This document shows, one piece after another, positions 1-12,200 of a stretch of DNA of 64,000 nt. The stretch is taken from positions 41,168,001 through 41,232,000 of the forward strand of contig OZ241832.1 of the NCBI GenBank assembly GCA_965202585.1, given 5' to 3'. Numbering within the stretch: position 1 is the stretch's first letter; the number at the start of each line of letters is the position of its first letter. The position numbers were made by a program, and so were the translations under genes. The notes beneath the pieces were generated by a model. That model was given only the letters and a program-made list of their open reading frames with translations. It was not told the origin of the DNA and ran no database searches. Origin of the DNA: Thalia democratica (Eukaryota).

Positions 1-210
1 GGCCCGCAGATAGAAGTAAGGCCTATGAAGTATTTTTTAGCTTGAAAACTTATTTTTATCTTGTGCAATCATATAAAAATGACCTTTTCAATAACAAAAT
101 TAATTTTTGTTGTACAAAATTGCTTGCTAAGACTTATTTTTAAGAATTCCGGCCGAGAAAGAATTTTTCTGGTAATTCTGCCCAACGACTAAAAAAGTTG
201 CCTACCATGG
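1..210. mobile_element. Right end of a hAT-like MITE, truncated by the window edge
   Basis: ggcccgca... then aaaaaagttgcctaccatgg, a degenerate gttgcccacccctg end. Confidence 0.55.
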
Positions 211-3200
211 CTTTAATGTGTTCATTGGCGCTATATTAGGAATTTTTATAACTTTAATTTCTTTTCTATAAACTTTTTGTAATATTTTTCAAAGTAATAA
301 CGAACAAAACTTCTAAAAATTTTATATCATTATATCTTTCTTAGTATTAAGAGTTTTTAGCGACAAATTGAAACTTATCATTTACAACATACTGTTTAAG
401 AATGTAATTTATTTAAACTTACTAATAAAATAACTATTAAACTTTTCCTTTTGTTTTAAGCTTACAACTTAATTCTTAAAAATGTAACAGCATTACTTAG
501 GTTTCATTAATAACTTTGAATAAACAAAACACGAAATAAGTGTTCGTAGTTATTTTCTGATTATGTTAATAAAAACTAGTAAAACAAATTGAAAAAGAAA
601 AAAAGTAAAAGCTTAAGAGATTTTAATTAAATTTTAAGTAAAAAATAAGCAACTTTTTAAAACACAATGATTATAACACAAAGGCTGGTAGTTAAGCTGT
701 ATATTTAAGTTTTTCTTTTATAGTAAAACTTTATAATAATTATAATTGTTTTCTGTTTTTATTCTAATACTCACAAAACAATATTTCTGTCAAGCATAAA
801 CATTCTATAATCTAAATTTTAACATTAAGCCAGCATAACTACAAAAAAATTTTCAGTATATAGATTAATACTGTAGAAAGCCTAGAGGCATTTCTAGTAT
901 ATGCATTAAATATATATAGAATGTTTTCATACAACAACAACTTTCGTAACTGTTTTAATTAAAGCTTTTAGTTTTTAAATAAATTTTAGAATAAAAGTTT
1001 AATAGTACTATCATTAGCTTGTGCAACTATTACATAGTTGTGGCTTAAAACACAAATTGACGAAGTTGTTTTTATTTACTTGGATAGAATTTTTTTAATC
1101 AATTTACACCTATGATTTTTATAAAACAAAAACTTTTGTCATTACCGTTAAATATATTTAATATCTTAACTTACTACTTTTTTCATCAAAGTAATAGTTT
1201 ATTTAAGACGATAAAAAATTGAAACCCTAAAAAATTGGTCAAGGGCTTAGTAAGTAGAAAAAATCTTTCCATCATCGAGCTACATACCACAAATTTTTAG
1301 TAAAATTTTAAATTAAAGTTCTATTGAAAGAGTTTTTTTACCTGAAAAAACCGACTAAGTTTCGTCAACATAGTTACTTAATTAAACCAAAAACATTTTC
1401 TTTTGATATATTCGAGATTATTTATTGTAATAAAGTTCTGCTAAAAAATATCGCATATTTACATATCATTATTAAATTAACAGAATCTAGGTTTCAATAT
1501 ATTTTTTTTTATCAAGACTTGTATTTCATTTTAAAAAATTTCACTGAGTCTATATTGTTTCTAGAAAAACCAAAAGACAAGCAAAGATTCGAGCTACAAT
1601 TAAATTACATTATGCTAACAAATATCAGAAATTTAACAAAAATTTCGAAGTAGCATACTCAATTACTTTTACAGATTTAAAAAAAATCATACGAATATGG
1701 ACTTTTGAGAAAGCAAATCGATAAAATATTTACAAGAATGCTTGTTTATTTTCATTCAATACGAAAAACCTTGTACAAAAACTTTTTTAAATAATACTTA
1801 CTAAGCAATAGAGTTTTTAAAGTTAAAACTTTCTAATACAATTTTTCTCTTTCAGTACATGTTTTTTAAGTTAAATATGCGATTAAACGGGATATGCAAA
1901 CTTAAAATAAACTACATCACAAGGAAGACTACTATACCTAAAAAATTGGAGTATTTTTAACATAAATTCTAAAAAGTATTAAGATATTTAAATTATTTGT
2001 TTGCTTTTTAAACAGGTTTATGGATCGAACAATCATAATATAACGTAATACTTCATACTGATTTTTTTTTTAAAGAATAATATACCGTTTGTTAATAATT
2101 AAATGTTGTTTTGAGTATAGATTTTATGAATTTTTTTTCTTTTATTAAAATTTAAAAAGTTGGTATAAGAAAGGTAAAAGTGTAATATTTTAACATATTC
2201 AGTTCATAGATATGTTAGGCATTATTAGTTAAAAACAACCTAGAGCTATTTTGAATCATTTTAGCAACACACTAGTATTCAAACATAAAACAACATACAA
2301 ACGAGGATTTTTAATGTTAAAACCTCTGCACACCAGTGTACTTGAATTTTTTTTATTGCTATAAACAAGAAATATTATCGTTCTAACTCATACTAGTTAA
2401 CGTATACATTATATTTTAAAATATATTGACACAATTTCTAGCTTATCAGGATAGTAAGCTGTGGACTAATACCTATAATATTTAAAACACCAAGGTTACA
2501 TTTATAAGTTTCAGATTGAACTGAGTAAGATTTTATAAAAATCTATCAAATAATACCTTTTAGAGAAACATTATCAGAATATTATTTCTCTAGTTTTGTC
2601 AGAGTGCCTATAGTTACTTTATCTTTAATATTTGTCATTATCTGATCACACTAATTAAGTTTAGATAACATTAGTCCTGTCTCAATTTTTGTAATTTTTG
2701 TTATGTTAGATTGTTAATAAAGCATTTAGTTAATATCTAAGCTTAAAATATTGTTGTGTAAATTACTATTTTTTTCTAAGTTAATACTTTAAAGTTGATT
2801 TCTATTTATCATTTAAATTTTATTCTTTATCATCTAATTTTTTTTAGCCAAGTGTTATGTCTCTTTCAATGTATGTTTTTCTTTTATTGAAGAATAGCTA
2901 TTTAAGTTTTTAAAGCTATTATAAACAGATAAACTATATAAGTCGTGTGTAACTCGATGACTAAGAGGTCTTTACACCATACTCTTCGATCATATTTGAT
3001 AGCACTTTATAGACAACTACAAATTTTGATATTTAAACACTTTTAAACAGAGCTTAATATGTAATATAATATAAAAACAACAAAACTTTTAAGTAGTTTT
3101 GGTTAAAGTTAATATACTGGTCTAAACTGATATCTTTTGTAATCAAGTTCTTTGTTTATGAACCACTGTATTAATAAAAAAATATCAAAATTGCTTTTAA

Positions 3201-3676
3201 ATGTTTAATTAACTTATACATCAAATTTTATCAGGTTTTAACTAAAATAGTCATGTTGAAACTTTTTCTACAAGTATAAAATGAAGATGTTCGAAAATGT
3301 TATCCTATGAGTTATTAAATAAGTATACATTAACAGTAAACCCTAAGAATAAAAACTTTGCAAATAAAAATAAAAGAAAATTAGTGGGGGTTATAGTTGC
3401 TACCCTAATAACTGTCTTGTGTTTTTTTTTTGTATATTTATTATTATTGTTGTAAGTTTATTGTCATACGAAGGACCCAGTCATCAAAACCTAGGCCACT
3501 TATACAGAAAGACATACAACAAAAAGACAAAAATAAACCAAAATTGTACATTAAAAATGAAAAAAAGACTGAGTTTAAATAATTAAAGTTTGAAATCAAC
3601 ATAAAAACACAAAAATTATAACAAAAAATTTATAATTCCGGTGCTTCCGAAAAGAGAACAACAATATCCTACTCCA

Positions 3677-3868
3677 ACTTCACCTGAACAAATGGTTTCA
3701 CTCCAAAACTGGTTTCACTTTCATTCGAACAACTGGCTTCACATTATTTGAACAACTGGTTCAGCCTTCATTTGAGTAACTGGTTTAACTTTTATCCATA
3801 CAACTTGTTTCATTTTTTTTCGTATAACTAGAACCGCTTTTATCTGAACAACGTGTTTGACTTTTGTT
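3677..3868. repeat. 24-nt minisatellite, about 8 degenerate units
   Basis: Consensus about tgaacaactggtttcactttcatt; one 23-nt unit and one shortened unit. Confidence 0.9.
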
Positions 3869-3967
3869 AGGAGAGCCTGCTTCATATTTACTTTCAAATC
3901 TTTATTACTCAGATAACTCAGCGTTTGTTGGACTTTGGTAGTAGCTGATAAATGTTGAGAACACTGA
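3739..3967 (-). CDS. Putative terminal exon or relic with tandem 8-aa VKPVVQMK-like repeats (not in the ORF track)
   Basis: Acceptor gttttgtttatag, then QCSQHLSATTKVQQTLSYLSNKDLKVNMKQALLTKVKHVVQIKAVLVIRKKMKQVVWIKVKPVTQMKAEPVVQIM*. Variation among the 24-nt units includes synonymous third-position changes in this frame. No upstream exon was identified. Confidence 0.45.
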
Positions 3968-4508
3968 CTATAAACAAAACTTAAAAACCCAAGGCCCCAA
4001 GCACTTTAACAGGCAAATTAACTATGTATTAAGGAACAGGTAGGTATACAATAAACTTTATACTAGAAACTTGTACTTTTCTTAAGTTAATATCTTTAAA
4101 AAAAACTGTACGCTTTATCGTTATTTTATGATTAATTTGTCTAGAAATTATTTTTGTTTTATTTACTGTTATAGTTACTGTTATTTACGTATTCAATAAT
4201 AATTTTGACACTTTCTCCTAGTCAAATTTACAAATTTGTACCCTAAATTAAACTCTAATACTAAACCAGCTACAATGCATTTTATAAAATATAAGAAAAT
4301 AATTAATTTTAACAATAAAAAAATACCTTTTATGTTTTTAAGTTAAACATATTCATTTATTAAGCTTCTTAAAAAGATTAAAAGTGTAACTTATGTTTTA
4401 ATAAAAACTTTTAGTAAAAGTTGTATAAAATTGTGTACTTTTTACTATATAGTATCAATAAAAGTTCTCAACTTAAATATAAGGAGAATGTTCAATTAAA
4501 ATGTTTAA

Positions 4509-4576
4509 ACTTTATTAACAATACAATGTTTCACTCGCTTGAACCTAATCAAACGATATCATCAGTTGAATAAAAT
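4509..4576 (-). ncRNA. Type I hammerhead-ribozyme-like motif with minimal stem III
   Basis: Minus strand: attttattcaa-CTGATGA-tatcgtttga(ttaggt)tcaagcgagt-GAAAC-att-GTA-ttg(tt)aataaagt. Core complete; stem II 8 bp; stem I 11 bp with a 2-nt bulge; GUA cleavage triplet at + 4522-4524. Confidence 0.7.
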
Positions 4577-4828
4577 CTGTAAAAAATTTTATATAAACAT
4601 GCAAAAGACATTAGGCTAAACTTGAAATAAAAATCTAATAACACTATGACTTTCCTAAATTGATTGGTTTAATCTATAAGTTTTATTTGATTTTTTGTTT
4701 TAGTTTTTTATTTCAAGTTTAGCCTAATGTCTTCTTGCATGTTTATATAAAAAATTTTACAGATTTTATTCAACTGATGATCTCGTTTGATTAGCTTCAA
4801 GCGAGTAAAACATTGTATTGTTAATAAA
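4511..4828. repeat. Long near-perfect inverted repeat (arms about 4511-4632 and 4705-4828) carrying the two hammerheads; probable Penelope-like terminal-repeat relic
   Basis: Arms of about 120 bp are reverse complements with few mismatches; spacer about 70 nt, AT-rich. Confidence 0.85.
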
Positions 4829-4830
4829 AT
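4763..4830 (+). ncRNA. Second hammerhead-like copy with core mutation GAAAC to AAAAC
   Basis: attttattcaa-CTGATGA(4774-4780)-tctcgtttga(ttagct)tcaagcgagt-AAAAC-att-GTA-ttg(tt)aataaaat. Confidence 0.6.
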
Positions 4831-6249
4831 TTATAATTTTGAATTGAAAGCTGTATAAAACAACAAAAGCTTAATTTTAATAATAAAAAGTATTTCATAT
4901 AACTTTATTTAGTGTCAACTATTTTTTGCTTTATCATTTATTTTTCGTTAAAGCATCAACTTACTTTTTTTTACTTTATTGTAAATGTTGATAGCTAACG
5001 ATTCTAGGAATTTTTTTTTACTTTTAAATATAACTGTTGAACAATTATTTTTAAGTTTTATAGAAGCATACATTAGTCTGATTTGTAATTCAAAGTTTAA
5101 CTTTAAAACTGTACAGTGGTAGATTTTAATAACTTATAATATCACAACTTTCTTATTTTTGAATTATGTTATAGTAAGTTATATTCTCATGCGCGGAAAA
5201 TTGATAGAACGTTAATATATTTGATATAACATAAATATTGGAAATTAAAAAATTTAAAATATAAATAAGTATTATATAAAAAAAACGTTAGGGTTAGGGT
5301 AAATTTTTTAATAAAAAAATATTAAGAAAATATTATGAATAACATTTTAAACTAAAAAAAACTTTGATTTATAGTAGCTAATAATAATACAATTTAATTT
5401 AACAATATGGTTCGTTTTTAATATGCAAGTAACATTTTTTGTACTGTCGCATAATAACTAACTCCTAAAATTCTATCCAAAAAAAATATTTACATACTGT
5501 AAAAAGCATTTTCTTTAAATTCAAGTACTTTTAATACAGCTATGAAATTTCGTAAAATCATACAAATAAATAAAATTTGAATGAAAAAAATAGTTTTGTA
5601 CGCACATAAAAACTATCTATACACATGAGTATGACATTAGCTTGAACAGCAGTTTTTCAATTATTGTAGGTTATTTTCGTAGTTTTTTGGTTTTTTTATC
5701 TTTTCTAAGATCATTTTAGAATTAAAAGCAATTAATTTTAAGCTTTAAAGCCGCAAAATATCCAATATTGTACTAAGAAAAATTAAGCAAACAACTTCAG
5801 ACAGCTGGTAAACCAACAAGTATAATACACAAATTTATAGTGAAGAGCAAGCTTATTTTGTAATCTTTATAAAACTTAGCTTAAAGTAAAATTATCAAAT
5901 AAAAAATCAAGATTGGTTTTTAAAACACCTTAGTTTAACCTAAAAAAGTACTCAAGTAACTGACATTAAACGTTTTAACTATTTTTTTAAAGTTTTTTAT
6001 TAGAAGCTTTCAAAAAATATGTCGATATGAAATGTAAGTTAAAGGATTTTAAATATATAACTTATAAACTAAAACTAAATGAATATTTACGGACAGGACA
6101 TATACAAGTTAAACATACAAAAAAAATTAAACACATTAAAACGTTTTTTAATTATGACTAAGAAATTATAGTTAAAGTTATAGATATGAAAATTTTTAAT
6201 TAACTATTGTACATAAATGTTTCGTATTAAAGCTTTGCATTAAGTTTTA

Positions 6250-6364
6250 AGCATCCCGGACTAACCGGTTATTATATGTGTGTCCTGTTTAAGTGGCTCA
6301 GGTTTTGATGCCTGAGTCCAACATTGCACAATAAACAATATAATAATAATAATAATAATAATAA
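6250..6364 (+). mobile_element. LINE/SINE 3' end: stem-loop plus (TAA)n tail
   Basis: ggctcagg-ttttgatg-cctgagtcc hairpin, then acaataaac and (TAA)n at 6341-6364. A partial copy tgcctgagtccaa lies near 57167. Confidence 0.65.
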
Positions 6365-7879
6365 CATACTACAGTAATTTTAACATACCATAGTTTTTAA
6401 AATATTATATAATATAGTGTTATGTTATTTAACAGATTTTCAAAAACAGTAGTACTTAAGCAAATTGCACAGTAATGCTACTTTATACATACTTTTTTTG
6501 TATATTTAGAATTTCAAGGTATTCTTCTTTTACAATATATAGTTTATAAAATCTTTGATGTTCTTATTGTTAAGAACTATAATAGGCATAGATAAATTGT
6601 ATTTTATAACAATAACAATTTTATACTATTTGTTTTTCTTGCGCGGCAAAGTTATAAATTTTGAGAGAGTAAAAAGCTGTTTTAGTTTGTGGTTCGCCGA
6701 AAGAAACAATTTAGACGGATTTTCTAGTTTATGACAAATATATCTCGTATATTGTAGCAATGCATTAGCCAGCAATACTAAAAGTTGATAGAGTACTTGG
6801 TTAGGATGCTTTTAGAATATTAAATTCAGCTGATAGTAGTAGGTTAAAAGTTTAATGCAAAAATATTATTTGCTTAAGTTTAACTTACTACAAAAACTTG
6901 TTTTTGTAATTACAAACTAAAACAGTTGTTAAAAAATAGTATGAATAGTAGGTAACTTTCTAAATATCAAAAACTAGTTACACTTTTTACGTAACTGAAT
7001 AGATAAATTGATAAAATTAAAAATCTTTATTATTTTTAGGTTATATTGTTTTACATTTTTTAACTTACTTTTTTTTGTTAGTGCAATAAGTTCATTTAAA
7101 ATTTATTTACTGTGAACTTTTATCTTTGAAAATTTTCATGCAATTTAGTTATTGTTTTTTCTTTTGAATTTAGTTTACAGAAAATTTTAAGTAAAAAAGT
7201 TTAATTAATCAAAATTAAAAAAATAATTGTTTAACTCAAATTTTAATTCTTTTTGTTTTTTCTAATCTCTTATTTATAAATTCTAAAATATTATATATTT
7301 AAATCTTAATTTGTATATTTATCTACTACTTTTTCAATAAAATAATTATCAGTTTTAATTTTAGCACTATTTTATAAACTTTAAATTGATTTTTAACGGC
7401 AAAATTAGATTTTTAATTTACAACAACTTTGTTTTTTTAATGTTTTGTTGTCAAGTATTTTGCTGATTTTATGTTTTGCAAAATTTAGGAATTAAAGCTT
7501 CATAAAGTTAATAAATTCTAGTATGAAACATAACTTATCTTTTTTTTTACCTTTTATAAAGTTTTGTTTTGATTTATTTATGGAAAGTTGTAGTAACGGT
7601 TAAAGAGCTAGCGGTAATTAACAATTTATCATTATTTTAAACTTTTTTCTTATGAAAATTTAAATAGCAAAGTAGTGTTACTAGATCATTAAAAAAAAAA
7701 GACAAACTAAAAACTATAAAAAAATATATTGTAAATTTTCAAGTAGTTTGTTTATGTTTATTTACAAAAACTGCTTACTTGTTTAAATTTTGAATATAAG
7801 TTATTTAACGCTTGATGCAGAAAAAATATTATCGATAAGTCTTGTAAAAAAAATAAGTTAATGAGTAAGAGTCGTTTAA

Positions 7880-8130
7880 GAATTTCAAGATGCAAATGGT
7901 TACAAAATACAACAAAAAAAATCTATGATAATAAATCGATAAAAAAGTTATATCAAGAAAGAGACACCGTATAAGAACTAATCTTAAATTTAAATTTACA
8001 ATAAATTTCTAAAGTTAACGTGCCTAACCTCAGTCGATCGAAATCTTAAAACAATGTATAATAAAGGATTAGCTTCATTTAAGACTAGTAACGTAATCTG
8101 AAAATTTTAGCTATATTTGTGTAATAAGCA
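7880..8130 (+). pseudogene. Possible decayed LINE ORF2 fragment
   Basis: Frameshifted peptides KSIKKLYQERD and KTMYNKGLASFKTSNVI*KF resemble the endonuclease-RT linker; weak. Confidence 0.3.
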
Positions 8131-8173
8131 TTCATTATAGCTTTTTCAGTGTCATTTAGTATATAATCGATTT

Positions 8174-8225
8174 TTTTTATGTATTGCAAAATTATTGCAA
8201 AATAATATTTTGCAATACATAAAAA
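8174..8225. repeat. Perfect 19-bp inverted repeat with a 14-nt spacer
   Basis: tttttatgtattgcaaaat and attttgcaatacataaaaa. Confidence 0.9.
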
Positions 8226-9290
8226 GTATCATATTTTCTGAAAAGTAAATATCTTTATTCGTTGCTAAATGTATTAAAACTAAAACTAAAATTATATTTT
8301 AGGCATGGTATTTATAAACTAACAACTAAATTTTAAAGCTTTTATTTAATACAAAATTTAATCTGCAAAGTTTAATTTTCAAAACTACAAAAGTAAGATA
8401 ACAAATAAAGCAAGTTAAGCATTTTTAACAAAACAAAAATGTAGTAAACTAAAGGGTTATACTAAGTTCCTTTATAAATTTAAGATTTAAGAGGTTTGTT
8501 TATCATAGTAGGTTAATAAGTAAAAAACTACTATTTCGTCTTGGTTTATATGACTAGATTTTAAAAATACTAAACTCTATAAAAAAATCAACAATTGAAA
8601 ATTTAAAGTTATTCGTTTGCTAATACAGATCCTAGCGAAACAAGTTCAATAGAATATATAATAATAACAAATTTAAGTAGTACTCTTTCTTTATTAAATT
8701 AACAAATTTTTCTGTGTGTAAACAAACTAACACACTTCAATGAAGCTATGAAAGTTCTACAACTTTTATATTTCAAACAAAACAACATATATTTTTATAT
8801 TTAAGGTTTTAAAAAAAACATTAAAATGAACCAATATTGTTTTCTAAACAATTTTGTTTCGCAAAACTATATTTTAGTAAAATTAAAGATTTAGCAGACT
8901 CTTTATAAACAAAAGTAAAAACTCCTTTTTCGTTAAAGTTTTTAAAATTTTTTGTTTTAAAACTATAATTATTTACATCAAATGTATAGGAAACAGCTTT
9001 TAAGGTTAAATGAAAAGTATTACTTAATTTAAATAAAAAGTGTACATACTTTCTTATGTGTTCAATTCTTTTGTTTAGTTTATTTTTTTATTTCTATTTT
9101 TGAAGATTAATTTTTTCTAAGTATTGTTTTTATTAACTTTCAAATAATGTTTTTTTTGTTAAAGTTTTTTAAGCTATTTTAAACTATTTAATGCAACTTT
9201 TTCTAGTCTCGAATTTTTGTTTCAGGTATCAAACCAGTATTTTTTGTGCCTCATCATTACACGTCAATTTAAATTTTTCTGTAACTCAAA

Positions 9291-12200
9291 ATGACGCTAT
9301 CAATTATAGTTTTTATTTTGTGTGCTTTCATCAAAATCAGTTTTATCAGTTAGTGCTAAAAAATATTTTTAAGGGTATAAAAAATTAACTAAAATTTTGC
9401 ATTGCAAAAAAGTCTCTATTGTATAATATTGAAATACTTAGATTACTTACAGCTTTGGTTTTAAAAATATTACTCAGTTTTCATTTTTACAATTTAAAAT
9501 TTGAGTGATTAATAAAACATAATCTTTTTTTATTTTCTTTGTGAATTTGTTTAATATAAATTAATTATTATGTAAGATAACTATACAAAAATTTTGAAAA
9601 CATATTTTTTATGTTAAATGTACAGACTCCACAAATTTAATTACAAGAAAAATCCAGTGGTGTGACAATACAAGAAGCTGTCAAATTACATGCCCCTTAG
9701 GCTTTAAAATGTCATCGCAAAGAAAATGCTACATCTGTTTTTGTAGGAAATCAGGAATATTCGCTAAAGATATCATTATAAAAGGTAAACTTTTAACAAG
9801 CGATTACATGAATTTTTTCATATGAAGCGTTAGATAAAGTAGAAACAAAGTATTGTAATAAACTTCGTATAAAAGTTTTAAATTGTAATTAATTCTTGAA
9901 GTTAAGAAAAAATACAATAAAATCTTGTTTCATTTTGTAGTTTTGAATTGTTTTGTTTTACTTGGAAAAATAATATTAAAAAATGTTATTGTCATCTTTC
10001 ATTATACATCTGATAAAATATACTCTAGTTTTTACATTTTCAACATAAATTGCAATTTTTAGTGTCATAACAATTTTAACATACATAATTTAACCGATTT
10101 ATTGTTTAAGCAGAGAAATCTTCAATTAAGAAACAATTCCTAACTAAAAACGTTTTTAATTTGCAGTTTTGTTACTTAATACTTTTTTGTAAAAAAAATA
10201 TTCCTAATTTTTTTTTATTCAGAAAGTGAATATGATGATTTTTTTTCGAGATATGAAATATCAAACTTTAAAAGCAAACGTATAAAACGTGCTACAAACA
10301 AAAGAGGTAAAAGAACTTGGGTTAAAAGATCTGGTGATGAATATGTGTATGTGCCTTACACAATAAGCGAAAAGCTCTGTACGTTATTATTTACTATAAG
10401 AAAAACAAAATAAACTTTAGTATCTTTTGATTACTAAAAGCTTGGTTTATATAGTGCTTTAGTAAACATTATTTCTTATGTAACTGAAATCTTTAAATTA
10501 TATTTCATTTCAAATGTTTTTAAGTTTATTTTAGCTTTCACTTTTCGTATTGTAATTTTAACATTGTACTTTATTAAATAACGTAAATACCACATGTTTA
10601 CCTTAACAACAAATATTTATGCTTTATATTATATAAGGAACAAATTTGGAAAATAATTATGTTTACAATTTCATTTAGCATTAGAAATACTTGTATATAT
10701 ATACAATTTCTTACAGAAATGATCGATGCTTAAAAGTTCCCTAATTCATAATTGTCGTACTCACTACTTAAACTTTTTGATTTCATAATTTTAAAACTAG
10801 AATTAATCTATTTTCCTGCACATGTTTTTAAAGTGTTCTAAAGTTATAGACTGTAGCAAAAAGTTTTGAAACTAAAAAGCGTACAACCAAAATTAGATAT
10901 AAAACCAGTTAAGTAGTTTAATAGCTTACATTAAAAGTAATACTACCTCTTCTTATTTGGAAACTTTCTAGAATTTTTTATTAGAAATAATTTTTATAAG
11001 AAAAGTTTTATTTTACAAAGCAAGTTTAAAAAATAAAAACAGTTTCTAAACGTTTGTCCTAAGTTTATCTCTTAACTTTAATTAAATCTAAATTCTAATA
11101 TTACTATTTCACTTCAGCAAAACCATTGAAGAAGTCAATTTATAAAGCAATACAGGACTACAAAAACAGAACTTGTATTAGGTTTATTCCAAAATCGAAC
11201 GAAAAAGACTTCATTGAATTCAAACAAGCATCTAAATATATGTGCGCTTCGAGCCTTGGAAAAGTTGGCAAAAGACAAAGAGTTTGTTTAAATCGAATAT
11301 CAGCTAGGTTTATAAAAATCAAATAAAAGCATATAAGCTGGTAAAGTTTAAATATAACTGATAAATTTTGTTTTAATTATAAATGTAATAGTAATATACC
11401 ACAAAGACTTAATAAATAATAATTAAAATTTAATTATACATTACAACAAGTATTGTTGTTATATTTTTTATATTATAACAACAAAAGTTATTTAATTTAA
11501 GTATCTATTTCCATTACAAAAAAGTCTTTACTTGTTTTAGTGTTAACATCATTCTTCAGAATAAATAAGAGATGAAAAATACTTCTATTTATTAAATTAT
11601 ATTTTTGAAAAACTTTGCAAGATTTTAAATTTAAAAAAACAATATTTATATCCTATTTAATCAATATCTTTTAATTTATTTTGACAAAAACTGTTTTGTT
11701 GGGTATTAATTGTAACCTGATAACGTTTACATACGTAATTATTAATTTCTACCAGATTTAAAAAATTAAAAGCCAAAAAAGATGACTACTAATCTTTGTT
11801 TGATAATTAAGTTTTATTAATAATATAATTTTGTTTTAATAACTAAGAATTTCTTAATACATAACGGTTTTAGTAGCATTTAACTTTTAATTTTCAATAA
11901 TTGCATTTGAAAAGCATTGTTTTGTTACATTTAATATATTTTTCTAGTATCCGATGCTTTAATTTTTTTAAAGTTTTGATAGTGATAAAATCTGTTTATC
12001 ATATACTTTTTTATTCCATATGCTTTTATTCTAACACAAAACATTTAAAAACTAAATATTTGTACATAATTCAAACGTTTTTTAAGATCTCTTGTAACCA
12101 AAAACTAAGATAATGTTAATATCTCAATGTTTTTAAAATAGTAAACTTTTTCTTATTCAAATATTTATAAACTAAATCTAATTGATCAAAAACTAAACAC

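Noticed and set aside
1324-1653. 109-aa ORF in the track
   Set aside because: TTG start, F/I/K/L-rich composition typical of AT-rich non-coding DNA, no motif or splice support.
3677-3868. CRISPR-like array
   Set aside because: Units are contiguous with no unique spacers, and the context is eukaryotic; it is a minisatellite.
5288-5299. Interstitial telomere
   Set aside because: Only two TTAGGG units.
9191-9388. 65-aa ORF
   Set aside because: Overlaps astacin exon 1 in a different frame; the real frame starts at ATG 9291.
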